NCBI GenBank assembly: GCA_020849375.1
Contig: JADLGJ010000006.1
Span: 1 to 49,991 of the forward strand
Direction: 5' to 3'
Length of the DNA stretch: 49,991 nt
Source of the DNA: Candidatus Omnitrophota bacterium
GTDB lineage: Bacteria > Omnitrophota > Gorgyraeia > Zapsychrales > JANLHA01
Of this stretch, positions 42,271 to 49,991 are shown piece after piece. Position 1 is the first letter of the stretch; each line of letters opens with the position of its first letter. Under the pieces are notes generated by a model that was not told the origin of the DNA, searched no databases, and saw only the letters and a program-made list of their open reading frames with translations. The position numbers and the translations under genes were made by a program.

Positions 42271-43347
42271 ATGGAATTACGCGATCTTTTACTTTTATCC
42301 GTCCAGAAAAAAGCCTCCGACGTCCATTTAACCTATGACAGCCCCCCGATCTTGCGCATTGACGGCAAATTGATCGTGACCAATAAAGACCCTCTCTCCC
42401 GTGAAGAATTGAAAAAAGTCATCTACGGGATGCTAACCGATAATCAAAAAGAAGCTTTCGAACGCGATAAAGAACTCGACTTTTCACTGTCCCTCTCCGG
42501 GATGGATCGTTTCCGCGTTAATATCCATTTACAGCGCGGATCTGTCGAAGCCGCTTTCCGCCGTATCCCTATTTTTATTCCTAACATGTCTGAACTTGGG
42601 CTTCCGCCGGTCATTGCTGACCTTGCGAGAAAACCAAATGGCCTTGTTCTTATTACTGGTCCGACGGGTACCGGTAAAACGACCACGATGGCTTCGCTCA
42701 TTAATTTGATCAATGAAGAAAAAGAAAACGTCATCATCATGATCGAAGACCCGATCGAATATGTCCACTTTAATAAAAAATCGATCATCAAACAGCGCGA
42801 AGTCTTCCGTGATACGAATTCTTTCTCGGAAGCGCTCAAGCGCTGCTTGCGTCAAGACCCTGACATCATTGTCGTCGGAGAAATGAGAGACTTGGAAACC
42901 ATTTCCACGGCTTTAACGGCCGCGGAAACGGGCCACTTGGTTCTCGCCACACTTCACACTCCTGACGCGCCGCAAACGATTGAACGTATTATTGACGCTT
43001 TTCCGCCGCACCAACAGCAGCAGGTTAAGTTGCAGCTAGCGTCCGCCTTGCAGGGCGTTGTTTCGCAGCTGCTTTTACCTAAAGCTGACAATGTCGGCCG
43101 TGTCCTTGCCACAGAAGTCATGGTGGTCACGCCCGGTATCCGCAACTTGATCCGCGAGCAAGCCATCGAACAGATCCCGACGGCGATCCAAACCGGTAGT
43201 GCGTACGGGATGAACACGATGGATAAATCCTTGCAAAAATTGTACCAAGACGGTACGATTACCTACGAAACTGCATTGGCGAACGTCAAGAACAGAGAAG
43301 AATTCCGGCAATTGCTTAACAGCACTAAGCCCGGCACAAAGAAATAA
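42271..43347 (+). CDS. pilT: Type IV pilus retraction ATPase PilT (twitching-motility ATPase family)
   Basis: 358 aa. ASDVHL....PP..RI.G, Walker [11 protein letters not shown], the Asp box IEDPIEY, Walker [11 protein letters not shown] and the His box [12 protein letters not shown] are present. Size and sequence fit PilT/PilU rather than PilB. Confidence 0.85.
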   Translation: MELRDLLLLSVQKKASDVHLTYDSPPILRIDGKLIVTNKDPLSREELKKVIYGMLTDNQKEAFERDKELDFSLSLSGMDRFRVNIHLQRGSVEAAFRRIPIFIPNMSELGLPPVIADLARKPNGLVLITGPTGTGKTTTMASLINLINEEKENVIIMIEDPIEYVHFNKKSIIKQREVFRDTNSFSEALKRCLRQDPDIIVVGEMRDLETISTALTAAETGHLVLATLHTPDAPQTIERIIDAFPPHQQQQVKLQLASALQGVVSQLLLPKADNVGRVLATEVMVVTPGIRNLIREQAIEQIPTAIQTGSAYGMNTMDKSLQKLYQDGTITYETALANVKNREEFRQLLNSTKPGTKK

Positions 43348-43370
43348 CTTTAATCACAGAAAGTACTGAT

Positions 43371-44453
43371 ATGTCTTACAAAGTCTCGCTATTACCAGGC
43401 GACGGGATCGGTCCCGAAGTCGCTGGAGCCATGAAGAAGTGTGTTGACGCCACCGGCGTTAAGATCGATTGGGAAGAATGCATTGTCGGTGAACACGCTG
43501 TTAAGAAATTCGGCACCCCATTGCCGGAATCAGTTTTAGAATCCGTCCGTAAAAATAAAATAGCTATTAAGGGCCCGATCGCTACCCCCGTCGGGACGGG
43601 TTTCCGTTCCGTCAATGTGCAATTGCGCCAGGCCTTGGACCTCTATGCTTGTGTCCGTCCTTGTAAATATTATGAGGGGACCAAGTGTAAATTTCCGGAA
43701 GTTGACTTGATGATCTTCCGCGAAAACACCGAAGACCTTTATGCCGGGATCGAATTTGATATCAATACTAAAGAAGCGAAAGATTTAATCACGACGATCA
43801 ACGGCATGCAGGCAAAGCAGATCCGCCCAGATTCGGCTATCTCGATCAAGCCGATCTCGATCTTTAATAGCCGCCGTATCGTCAAATATGCTTTTGACTA
43901 TGCTGTGAAACACGGCCGCAAAAAAGTTACCGCCGTTCATAAAGCTAACATTATGAAATTCTCCGACGGGCTTTTCTTGCGTACTGCCCGCGAAGTTGCC
44001 GCCGAATATGCCGGCAAGATCGAATTTCAAGATGTCATCGTTGACAATATGTGCATGCAGTTGGTCCAAAAGCCTGAACTTTATGATGTTCTCGTTCTCC
44101 CGAACCTTTACGGGGATATCGTCTCCGACCTTTGCGCCGGCCTCGTCGGCGGGTTAGGGATCGCTCCGGGAGCGAATATCGGTGAGAATATGGCGTTGTT
44201 TGAACCGGTCCATGGTTCCGCCCCGAAATATGCCGGGAAAAATATGGTCAATCCGACCGCAACGATCTTGTCCGGGGTTTTGATGCTTCGCCATATCAAG
44301 GAAGATCAGGCAGCCGACCGTTTGGAAAATGCTGTGCGCGCTGTCATTAAAGAAGGTAAGGACGTGACTTACGATTTGAAACCAAATCGTAATGATCCAA
44401 CCGCTGTCGGTACGCAGGAAATGGCGGATGCGATCTGCCGCAAATTGAAATAA
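43371..44453 (+). CDS. icd: Isocitrate dehydrogenase (short, isocitrate/isopropylmalate dehydrogenase superfamily)
   Basis: 360 aa. [32 protein letters not shown] resembles the IDH substrate/phospho-serine loop. [18 protein letters not shown] and [11 protein letters not shown] are present. Cofactor specificity is not determinable by eye. Confidence 0.75.
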   Translation: MSYKVSLLPGDGIGPEVAGAMKKCVDATGVKIDWEECIVGEHAVKKFGTPLPESVLESVRKNKIAIKGPIATPVGTGFRSVNVQLRQALDLYACVRPCKYYEGTKCKFPEVDLMIFRENTEDLYAGIEFDINTKEAKDLITTINGMQAKQIRPDSAISIKPISIFNSRRIVKYAFDYAVKHGRKKVTAVHKANIMKFSDGLFLRTAREVAAEYAGKIEFQDVIVDNMCMQLVQKPELYDVLVLPNLYGDIVSDLCAGLVGGLGIAPGANIGENMALFEPVHGSAPKYAGKNMVNPTATILSGVLMLRHIKEDQAADRLENAVRAVIKEGKDVTYDLKPNRNDPTAVGTQEMADAICRKLK

Positions 44454-45106
44454 TGAAATTTGTTGATCTCGGTTTAATTGATTATCAAAAAGCTTATGAC
44501 CTGCAAAGATCCGCTGTGAGCGATGTGATCGCTGGCGGAGAAGAGCAGGTCTTTTTGTGTGAACATCCGTCGGTTTTGACCTTGGGCCGCATGTCAGATG
44601 AAAGGTACATTCTGGCGCCGCGTGAAGATTTAGCTGCTCGCGGCATCGAGGTCCTTTCGATCGACCGCGGAGGGGAAGTGACTTTGCACGCGCCCGGGCA
44701 ATTGGTCGTCTATCCGATCCTGGATCTCAAGAAATACGGTAAAGACTTGAAACAGTATATGTTTCAGCTCGAAGAAACAGGGATAGGGTTTTTAAAGTCG
44801 TTTGGAATTGACTCAATCAGGAACCCCGGTAAAACAGGTGTTTGGTCCGAAGGAGCAGGAGGCCACAAAAAAGTTATTTCGATCGGGGTCGGGGTCAAGA
44901 AATGGGTCAGCTTTCATGGGATGGGGATCAATGTCAGCACCGACCTGAAATTATTCTCCCTGATCAATCCGTGCGGGCTGGGGGCTCCGATGGCTTCGGT
45001 CGAAAGCTTAACAGGCCGTCCGTGTGGCCTCAAAAAAGCCAAAGAAGTGTTGATAGAGAAGATAAAATTTAATTTCATTGAAGGCAAATTTCAGTATAAT
45101 ACCTAA
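44453..45106 (+). CDS. lipB: Octanoyltransferase (lipoyl(octanoyl) transferase)
   Basis: 217 aa. DRGGEVTLHAPGQLVVYPIL, KVISIGVGVKKWVSFHGMGINV and NPCGL blocks are present. Confidence 0.9.
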   Translation: MKFVDLGLIDYQKAYDLQRSAVSDVIAGGEEQVFLCEHPSVLTLGRMSDERYILAPREDLAARGIEVLSIDRGGEVTLHAPGQLVVYPILDLKKYGKDLKQYMFQLEETGIGFLKSFGIDSIRNPGKTGVWSEGAGGHKKVISIGVGVKKWVSFHGMGINVSTDLKLFSLINPCGLGAPMASVESLTGRPCGLKKAKEVLIEKIKFNFIEGKFQYNT

Positions 45107-45120
45107 TATTTCTTAGGATA

Positions 45121-45366
45121 ATGGCGGGAGTGATTATGTCTCAAGTGATTTTACCGGAGTTAGGTGAGGGGATCGAAAAAGCCATGGTTTCTTTTTGGCA
45201 TTGTAAGGTCGGGGACCAGGTTCAGAAAGACAGTGACCTTGTTGAGCTGGTGACCGACAAAGCTGCTTTTAATGTCGCGGCTGATCAGGCCGGCGTTGTT
45301 AAGGAGATCTTAGTGCAAGAAGGTGAAGAAGCCAAGATTGGACAAGTTTTAGCGGTTATCGAATAA
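45121..45366 (+). CDS. Stand-alone lipoyl-attachment (biotinyl/lipoyl) domain protein
   Basis: 76-81 aa (ATG 45121, or ATG 45136 with a GGGAG SD). LPELGEGIEKA.V..W..KVGD.V..D..LVELVTDKAAF.V.A...G.V.EILV.EG......G..LA.IE matches an E2-type lipoyl domain with the TDKA lysine. No peripheral-subunit-binding or catalytic domain follows. Confidence 0.75.
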   Translation: MAGVIMSQVILPELGEGIEKAMVSFWHCKVGDQVQKDSDLVELVTDKAAFNVAADQAGVVKEILVQEGEEAKIGQVLAVIE

Positions 45367-45367
45367 T

Positions 45368-46570
45368 ATGACGCAGGATCCTAAAACATTAAGCGATGTT
45401 ATTGATGTCGAACCATTACTAGAGGGTGGCATGGAGAAAGATATTCGCAAGAAGCGCAAGATCCTTTTGATGTACATCACCAAGGTGTCCGGCCACCGCG
45501 CCGCCACGGTCGCGATTCAAAGGGCTTTGCATGATCTGGATTCCACCGTTGCCACTCCAGACGTCAACGGGTTCGGTTATACCTATCCGATCCTCGAAAA
45601 AGTCGTCAACCGCGCTTATATGAGCGTTATTAAGCGGACCCCGAAAGTTTGGGATTATCTTTATGATAATCCGAACGTCGTCAAAAAATCCCAATCGATC
45701 AAAAAATTCCTTCACAAAACCAGCCATAAAAAACTCGCCAAACTTTTTGATGAATATCATCCCGATACGGTTGTCTGTACACAGGCCTTCCCGTGCGGTA
45801 TGGTCGCCGATTATAAAATGGCCCATAATCTTAATATCACCTTGATCGGTGTTTTGACGGATTTTGCCCCGCATTCCTATTGGATCAACGAAGGTGTTGA
45901 TTATTATGTGGTCCCGGATAATGAAGCGCGTGAGCGTTTTATCAAAAAAGGGGTGAACCCGGATTCCATTAAGGTCTACGGGATCCCGATGCAGGCCAAG
46001 TTCGCGATCCAGCTTGATAAAAACCCTATTGCCGAGAAACTCGGGCTTGACCTTTCGGTCCCTGTTATTTTAATCATGGGCGGCGGGCAAGGTTTGGGGC
46101 CGATCAAAGAAGTTGTTTCGCATCTCGAAGACATCGAGTCGCCTTTACAGATGATTGTCCTGACGGGAACGAACAAGAAATTGCAAAAATGGCTCGCGAA
46201 AGAAAAGAAACATTACTCGAAGCCGATCATCCATTTTGAATACGCTAATAATGTCGATGAATTGATGGAGGTCTCAACATTGATCGTCACTAAGCCAGGC
46301 GGTTTGACGACGAGTGAGTGTCTCGCTAAAGGCCTGCCTATGGTCATTGTGGACCCGCTTCCGGGACAGGAAATGCGCAATACGGATTTCCTTTTAAAGA
46401 ACGGCATCGCCATTCGTATTGATAAAACCGTCGACGTTGGTGAAGAGATCGATCTTCTTCTCAAATCTCCCGAGCGCCTTGCTTTGATGCGCAAAGCCGC
46501 GCTCGCTTTCGGTAAGCCGCACGCAGCTTATGACGTTGCCCGTTTGATCCTCGACGGCCCGGCCGCTTAA
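45368..46570 (+). CDS. Diacylglycerol glycosyltransferase, MGDG-synthase/UgtP-like (GT28 family)
   Basis: 400 aa. There is an N-terminal MGDG-synthase-like region (GHRAA..AI..AL) and a C-terminal VTKPGGLTTSECLAKGLPMVIVDPLPGQEMRN block like UgtP/MGD synthases. Confidence 0.75.
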   Translation: MTQDPKTLSDVIDVEPLLEGGMEKDIRKKRKILLMYITKVSGHRAATVAIQRALHDLDSTVATPDVNGFGYTYPILEKVVNRAYMSVIKRTPKVWDYLYDNPNVVKKSQSIKKFLHKTSHKKLAKLFDEYHPDTVVCTQAFPCGMVADYKMAHNLNITLIGVLTDFAPHSYWINEGVDYYVVPDNEARERFIKKGVNPDSIKVYGIPMQAKFAIQLDKNPIAEKLGLDLSVPVILIMGGGQGLGPIKEVVSHLEDIESPLQMIVLTGTNKKLQKWLAKEKKHYSKPIIHFEYANNVDELMEVSTLIVTKPGGLTTSECLAKGLPMVIVDPLPGQEMRNTDFLLKNGIAIRIDKTVDVGEEIDLLLKSPERLALMRKAALAFGKPHAAYDVARLILDGPAA

Positions 46571-46584
46571 TCCTTGTTCTAGAT

Positions 46585-47487
46585 ATGTTCAAATTTTATA
46601 TCTACAAATTGGGGCAATTTCTCGTCAAGCGCCTTTCCCTTAAGAACGCTTACCGTTTGGCGATGTTCATTTCCGACCTGCATTACATGATGTCGTTCCG
46701 TGACCGCCGCGCGGTCAAGAATAATTTAAAGGTCATTTTTAACTCCGACGCAGACATGTCCCTGCGGGCCAGGGAGGTTTTTCGTAATTTTGGGAAATAT
46801 CTCGTTGAATTCTTCCGTTTTGCCAATGAACTTGATGATCAATTTGTCCGTGAAAATGTCAAAGTTATTAACCGCCATTATTTAGATGAAGCGATCGCCA
46901 AAGAAAAAGGCGTTGTTCTTGTGACGGCCCATCTGGGAAACTGGGAATTGGGTGGGCTTGTTCTGGGGATGATGGGGTATCCGGTCTTGGCGATCACGTT
47001 GTCGCACAAAGAGCGGCCCGTCAATGAATTGTTCAACAAGCAGCGTGAGTCGCGCGGGGTCGTCGCTGTCCCGATCAAGCAGGCGGTGCACAAATGTTTA
47101 AATGCTTTAAAGAATAATAAGATGGTCGCGCTGTTGGCGGACCGTGATTTTACCAGCAGCGGTGAGGTTGTTAAATTCTTGGGCCGCGATGTCCTTATTC
47201 CAAAAGGGGCCGCATTGTTCGCTTATAAGACCGGGGCTACGATACTGCCGACGTTTTTTTTGCGGGAAGACGATAATACGTTTAGCATGCAGTTTGAAGC
47301 GCCGATCTATCCTTCGGTGCTTAACAGCGGCCAGATCGAACATGCTGAAATGATGGTATTGATCCAGCAATATGCAAATGTGATCGAAAAAAAGATCCGG
47401 CAATATCCTACGCAATGGTTGATGTTCCGGGAATTTTGGGATGCGAAGGCGAATATGATCGCTGATATTGATGAACGGATCGTGTGA
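46585..47487 (+). CDS. Lipid A biosynthesis (LpxL/HtrB/MsbB)-type lysophospholipid acyltransferase family protein
   Basis: 300 aa. The family motif VTAHLGNWELGG and LADRD.....V.FLG are present. The exact substrate is unknown. Confidence 0.7.
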   Translation: MFKFYIYKLGQFLVKRLSLKNAYRLAMFISDLHYMMSFRDRRAVKNNLKVIFNSDADMSLRAREVFRNFGKYLVEFFRFANELDDQFVRENVKVINRHYLDEAIAKEKGVVLVTAHLGNWELGGLVLGMMGYPVLAITLSHKERPVNELFNKQRESRGVVAVPIKQAVHKCLNALKNNKMVALLADRDFTSSGEVVKFLGRDVLIPKGAALFAYKTGATILPTFFLREDDNTFSMQFEAPIYPSVLNSGQIEHAEMMVLIQQYANVIEKKIRQYPTQWLMFREFWDAKANMIADIDERIV

Positions 47488-47512
47488 TCTTGAAGAATGA
47501 ACGGATCGCTGT

Positions 47513-48196
47513 ATGGAGAATGTTTTGAAAATCTGTGTTGTTATTCCTGCACATAATGAAGAAAAATATATCGCCGCTGTTGTGGCTGCGGTCCGTTCGA
47601 AAGGTTTTGATGTCGTAGTCATTGATGACGGCTCGGCAGACCGCACGAGCCCGTTGGCTCAGCAAGGCGGGGCCACGGTTTTGCGTAATGAACCGCGGGG
47701 CGGTAAAGGATTTTCCCTGAAACGTGGATTTGCTTATGCCATAGAGCACAATTATGACGGCGTGATCGCCATGGACGGCGACGGCCAGCATGATGCCGGC
47801 GACCTTGAGAGATTTTCTGCCGCGGCGCAGGGTAAAAAGATGTGCCTCATCAATGGATCACGGATGGGCGATACAAAAACAATGCCGTTCGTTCGCCGGG
47901 TCACGAACCGTTTTATGTCATGGATGATCTCGCAAATTTGTGGCCAACGGATCGAAGATACACAGTGCGGGTACCGGTATATCAGTGTTGATCTCCTGCG
48001 GCATATTCATTTGACCGCCAATGATTTTGAAATTGAAACGGAAATGTTGCTTAAGTCCTGCCGGGCAGGATGTGAAGTCCTTTCGGTGCCCGTCAAAACT
48101 ATCTATCGTGATGAAAAAAGCAAGATCAACCCGGTAAAAGATACTATTCGTTTCTTTTCTTATTTATTCAAAGAACTTAAGAACCGTAAACCATGA
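47513..48196 (+). CDS. Glycosyltransferase family 2 (polyprenol-phosphate glycosyltransferase-like)
   Basis: 227 aa. VVIPAHNEE, VVVIDDGSADRT, DGDGQHD and the QCGYR block are present. Confidence 0.8.
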   Translation: MENVLKICVVIPAHNEEKYIAAVVAAVRSKGFDVVVIDDGSADRTSPLAQQGGATVLRNEPRGGKGFSLKRGFAYAIEHNYDGVIAMDGDGQHDAGDLERFSAAAQGKKMCLINGSRMGDTKTMPFVRRVTNRFMSWMISQICGQRIEDTQCGYRYISVDLLRHIHLTANDFEIETEMLLKSCRAGCEVLSVPVKTIYRDEKSKINPVKDTIRFFSYLFKELKNRKP

Positions 48197-48918
48197 GTTT
48201 TATAACGACAAAGATCTTTTCCCTGGATGAAGACCGGGTCATTTACTGGGCCCTGGTGGGCTCTTGCGTGCTGCACGCCTCATTTTTGGGTTTTGCTTAT
48301 TTTGTGATCCCTCCGGTCGTTAAGGCCAAGATCAAGACGATGGAGATCCAGTATCAACCTAAGCAGAAAGCAAATGTAGAAAAAAGGCAGTCGCGGATCG
48401 AAAGTGTTTCTGACTTGAAGGAATCTCGCAAGAATATTCATGCTTCTGAGACTGTTAAGCTGATCGAGAAGCAGCTGGCCGGTGCCGCGTTCCTGAAGGA
48501 TACGATCGTCCGGGCTCAGCGTGTTGATGTTCAGGACAAGCAGCCGTTGAAGATGACGAATTTGGTAGAGAAGCGTAGTATTTCCGTTCCGGTTGTTGCG
48601 TCGCAGAAGATCACCAACCCTAAATATGTCGGTTACAATGACCGTATCCGTGACAAGATCCGCAACCGGGCGTATTTTTATATTGATGACCCTAAATTCC
48701 AGGCCGGCGAAGTTTATCTGACGTTTGTTGTGACGGCGGATGGAAATTTGAAAGACCTGCAGATCATAAATGACCGCAGCCGCGCCAACGATTATTTGCG
48801 ATCGGTCGGGTTGCGCAGTGTTAAAGAAAGCAGTCCGTTCCCGCCGTTCCCGCCCGACCTTCAGTACCCGGAATTATCGTTCAATGTTGTGATCTCATTT
48901 GAGGTCAGCGGCGATTGA
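48193..48918 (+). CDS. TonB C-terminal-domain-like membrane protein
   Basis: 241 aa. It has one N-terminal TM helix (VIYWALVGSCVLHASFLGFAYFVI) and a C-terminus (G.VYLTFVVTADGNL.DL.I...S.......S...V..SSPFPPFP) resembling the TonB_C fold. No Pro-rich spacer is present. The ATGA overlaps the upstream GT2 stop. Confidence 0.5.
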   Translation: MSFITTKIFSLDEDRVIYWALVGSCVLHASFLGFAYFVIPPVVKAKIKTMEIQYQPKQKANVEKRQSRIESVSDLKESRKNIHASETVKLIEKQLAGAAFLKDTIVRAQRVDVQDKQPLKMTNLVEKRSISVPVVASQKITNPKYVGYNDRIRDKIRNRAYFYIDDPKFQAGEVYLTFVVTADGNLKDLQIINDRSRANDYLRSVGLRSVKESSPFPPFPPDLQYPELSFNVVISFEVSGD

Positions 48919-48943
48919 CAATTTTGTACCGCAATGTTATTCT
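48915..48943 (+). promoter_or_regulatory. Candidate sigma70-type promoter upstream of the DUF1844 gene
   Basis: TTGACA (48915-48920), a 17-nt spacer, then TATTCT (48938-48943), 56 nt upstream of the ATG at 49000. Confidence 0.4.
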
Positions 48944-48999
48944 AAGCAACATTTAACCAAGCACCAAACTTCTTCGTACGTGAAAGGATAGGAAAGTAT

Positions 49000-49386
49000 A
49001 TGGATCGTGAAAAGCATGTTGATGAATCTTGGAAAGACTCGGTTTCCGGTGAAAAGGAAAATTGCGGCGACGGTTGCGGTTGCGGACATTCTCATGAGCA
49101 TGCGCAGGGTGATGAGCCGGCTGATGCCATGGAGATCAATTTCATCAACTATGTTTCCAGTCTTGCCTTTCAGGCCTTGATCTTTTTGGGTGAACTTCCT
49201 AATCCTCTCGACGACAGCAAGCTTGAAAAGAACCTTCCGCAGGCGAAATTCCTGATCGACACCCTTATTATGATCCGCGAAAAAACAAAAGGTAATTTGA
49301 CCCCGGAAGAAGATAATTTGATCTCTGCAACGGTGTATGAACTCCAAATGAAATTCGTTGAGCTTTTGAAAAAAGAAAACGCATGA
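49000..49386 (+). CDS. DUF1844-family protein with a Cys/His-rich N-terminal segment
   Basis: 128 aa. F.NYVSSLAFQALIFLGE.PNP........NL.QAKFLIDTL.MI.EKTKGNLT.EE..L......EL matches my memory of the DUF1844 signature. The N-terminus contains NCGDGCGCGHSHEH. Confidence 0.6.
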   Translation: MDREKHVDESWKDSVSGEKENCGDGCGCGHSHEHAQGDEPADAMEINFINYVSSLAFQALIFLGELPNPLDDSKLEKNLPQAKFLIDTLIMIREKTKGNLTPEEDNLISATVYELQMKFVELLKKENA

Positions 49387-49538
49387 TCGACGCCGACCTT
49401 TTAAAGATATTGGCTTGTCCTGCTTGCCGGGGCGAGGTGGAGCATAAAGACGGTAAGATCATTTGCCGTAAATGCGGCCGTAAATACCCGGTCAGGAATG
49501 GTATTCCGGTCATGCTGGTCGATGAAGCTGAAAGGTAA
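49383..49538 (+). CDS. Trm112/UPF0434 (YcaR-like) zinc-ribbon protein
   Basis: Not in the ORF track (51 aa). Read from DNA: MIDADLLKILACPACRGEVEHKDGKIICRKCGRKYPVRNGIPVMLVDEAER. The ATGA overlaps the upstream stop. The LL.IL.CP.C.......C..C...YP...GIPVML..EA pattern is typical. Confidence 0.75.
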   Translation: MIDADLLKILACPACRGEVEHKDGKIICRKCGRKYPVRNGIPVMLVDEAER

Positions 49539-49541
49539 ACC

Positions 49542-49982
49542 ATGAAGAAAATCTTAGTCATTCACGGCCCCAATATGCATTTGCTCGGTCAAAGACAAAA
49601 AGAGATTTATGGTCAGGCCACCCTTGAAGATATTAATAAGGAATTGAAAAAGCTGGCCAAAGAGTGCGGTATTGAGATCATTGATTACCAGTCGAATCAC
49701 GAAGGTGATATTGTTGATAAGATCGGGTCTGCAAATATTGAAAAATTCAGCGCGATCTTGATCAATCCTGCCGCGTATACGCACACCAGTGTTGCTATCC
49801 GTGATGCCATTCTTTCGGTCAATTTGCCCACGGTCGAAGTTCATCTCTCGAATATATATAGTCGAGAAGATTTTCGTCATAAGTCTTTGATCGCGCCGGT
49901 GGTTCATGGCCAGATCAGTGGCTTTGGTGTGAACAGCTACCTTTTGGGGCTTCAGGCGGTCATCGGGATCATCAAAAAGTAA
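49542..49982 (+). CDS. aroQ: 3-dehydroquinate dehydratase, type II
   Basis: 146 aa. [33 protein letters not shown] and [18 protein letters not shown] are canonical. Confidence 0.93.
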   Translation: MKKILVIHGPNMHLLGQRQKEIYGQATLEDINKELKKLAKECGIEIIDYQSNHEGDIVDKIGSANIEKFSAILINPAAYTHTSVAIRDAILSVNLPTVEVHLSNIYSREDFRHKSLIAPVVHGQISGFGVNSYLLGLQAVIGIIKK

Positions 49983-49991
49983 TCTAAATTT

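Noticed and set aside
47471-47508. A 12-bp direct repeat, ATGAACGGATCG, at 47471-47482 and 47497-47508, straddling the stop of the LpxL-like gene.
   Set aside because: - It is a single short duplication, and the second copy is out of frame with the downstream GT2 start (47513).
- There is no associated inverted repeat or ORF.
- It is most simply a small slippage or duplication scar and is too short to interpret.

Overview
This window is conserved bacterial chromosomal core, and every gene I can support (about 75 CDS and 2 tRNAs) lies on the + strand.

Gene order:
- 5' block: RNase E/G 3' end, rplU, obg, proB, proA, nadD, a phosphohexomutase, plsC, rpsA, tyrS.
- Translation/transcription block (about 31 kb, nearly gap-free): tRNA-Thr(GGU), rpmG, tRNA-Trp(CCA), secE, nusG, rplKAJL, rpoB, rpoC, then the str (rpsL, rpsG, fusA, tuf), S10, spc and alpha clusters, ending at rplQ.
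- 3' block: an aminotransferase, an isolated pilT, icd, lipB, a stand-alone lipoyl-domain ORF, a small envelope/glycolipid cluster (MGDG-synthase/UgtP-like GT, LpxL/HtrB-like acyltransferase, GT2, TonB-C-like protein), DUF1844, a Trm112/UPF0434 zinc ribbon and aroQ.

Three short genes fall below the ORF-track cutoff and were read directly from the DNA: rpmG, rpmJ and the Trm112-like ORF.

I see no CRISPR array, transposase, integrase, phage genes or defence-type gene cluster, and I cannot support a claim of a new multi-gene system here.

The most unusual observation is a single in-frame TAG that splits an otherwise collinear rpoC into 602-aa and 770-aa ORFs. The split sits at the junction I recall for cyanobacterial/plastid rpoC1/rpoC2. 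A Shine-Dalgarno-like GGAAGG and a GTG restart follow 2 codons later.

Secondary oddities:
- rpmA is missing from the rplU-obg slot, which instead holds an 87-nt, 72% G+C nested stem-loop.
- A 23-nt-arm inverted repeat spans the proA-nadD spacer.
- rpmD (L30) is absent between rpsE and rplO.
- There are long out-of-frame overlaps at rpoC/rpsL (59 nt) and adk/map (47 nt).
- Attenuator-like hairpins lie in the rplA-rplJ and rplL-rpoB spacers.
- A solitary lipoyl domain sits next to lipB.

All functional calls come from motif recognition by eye; no database search was run.
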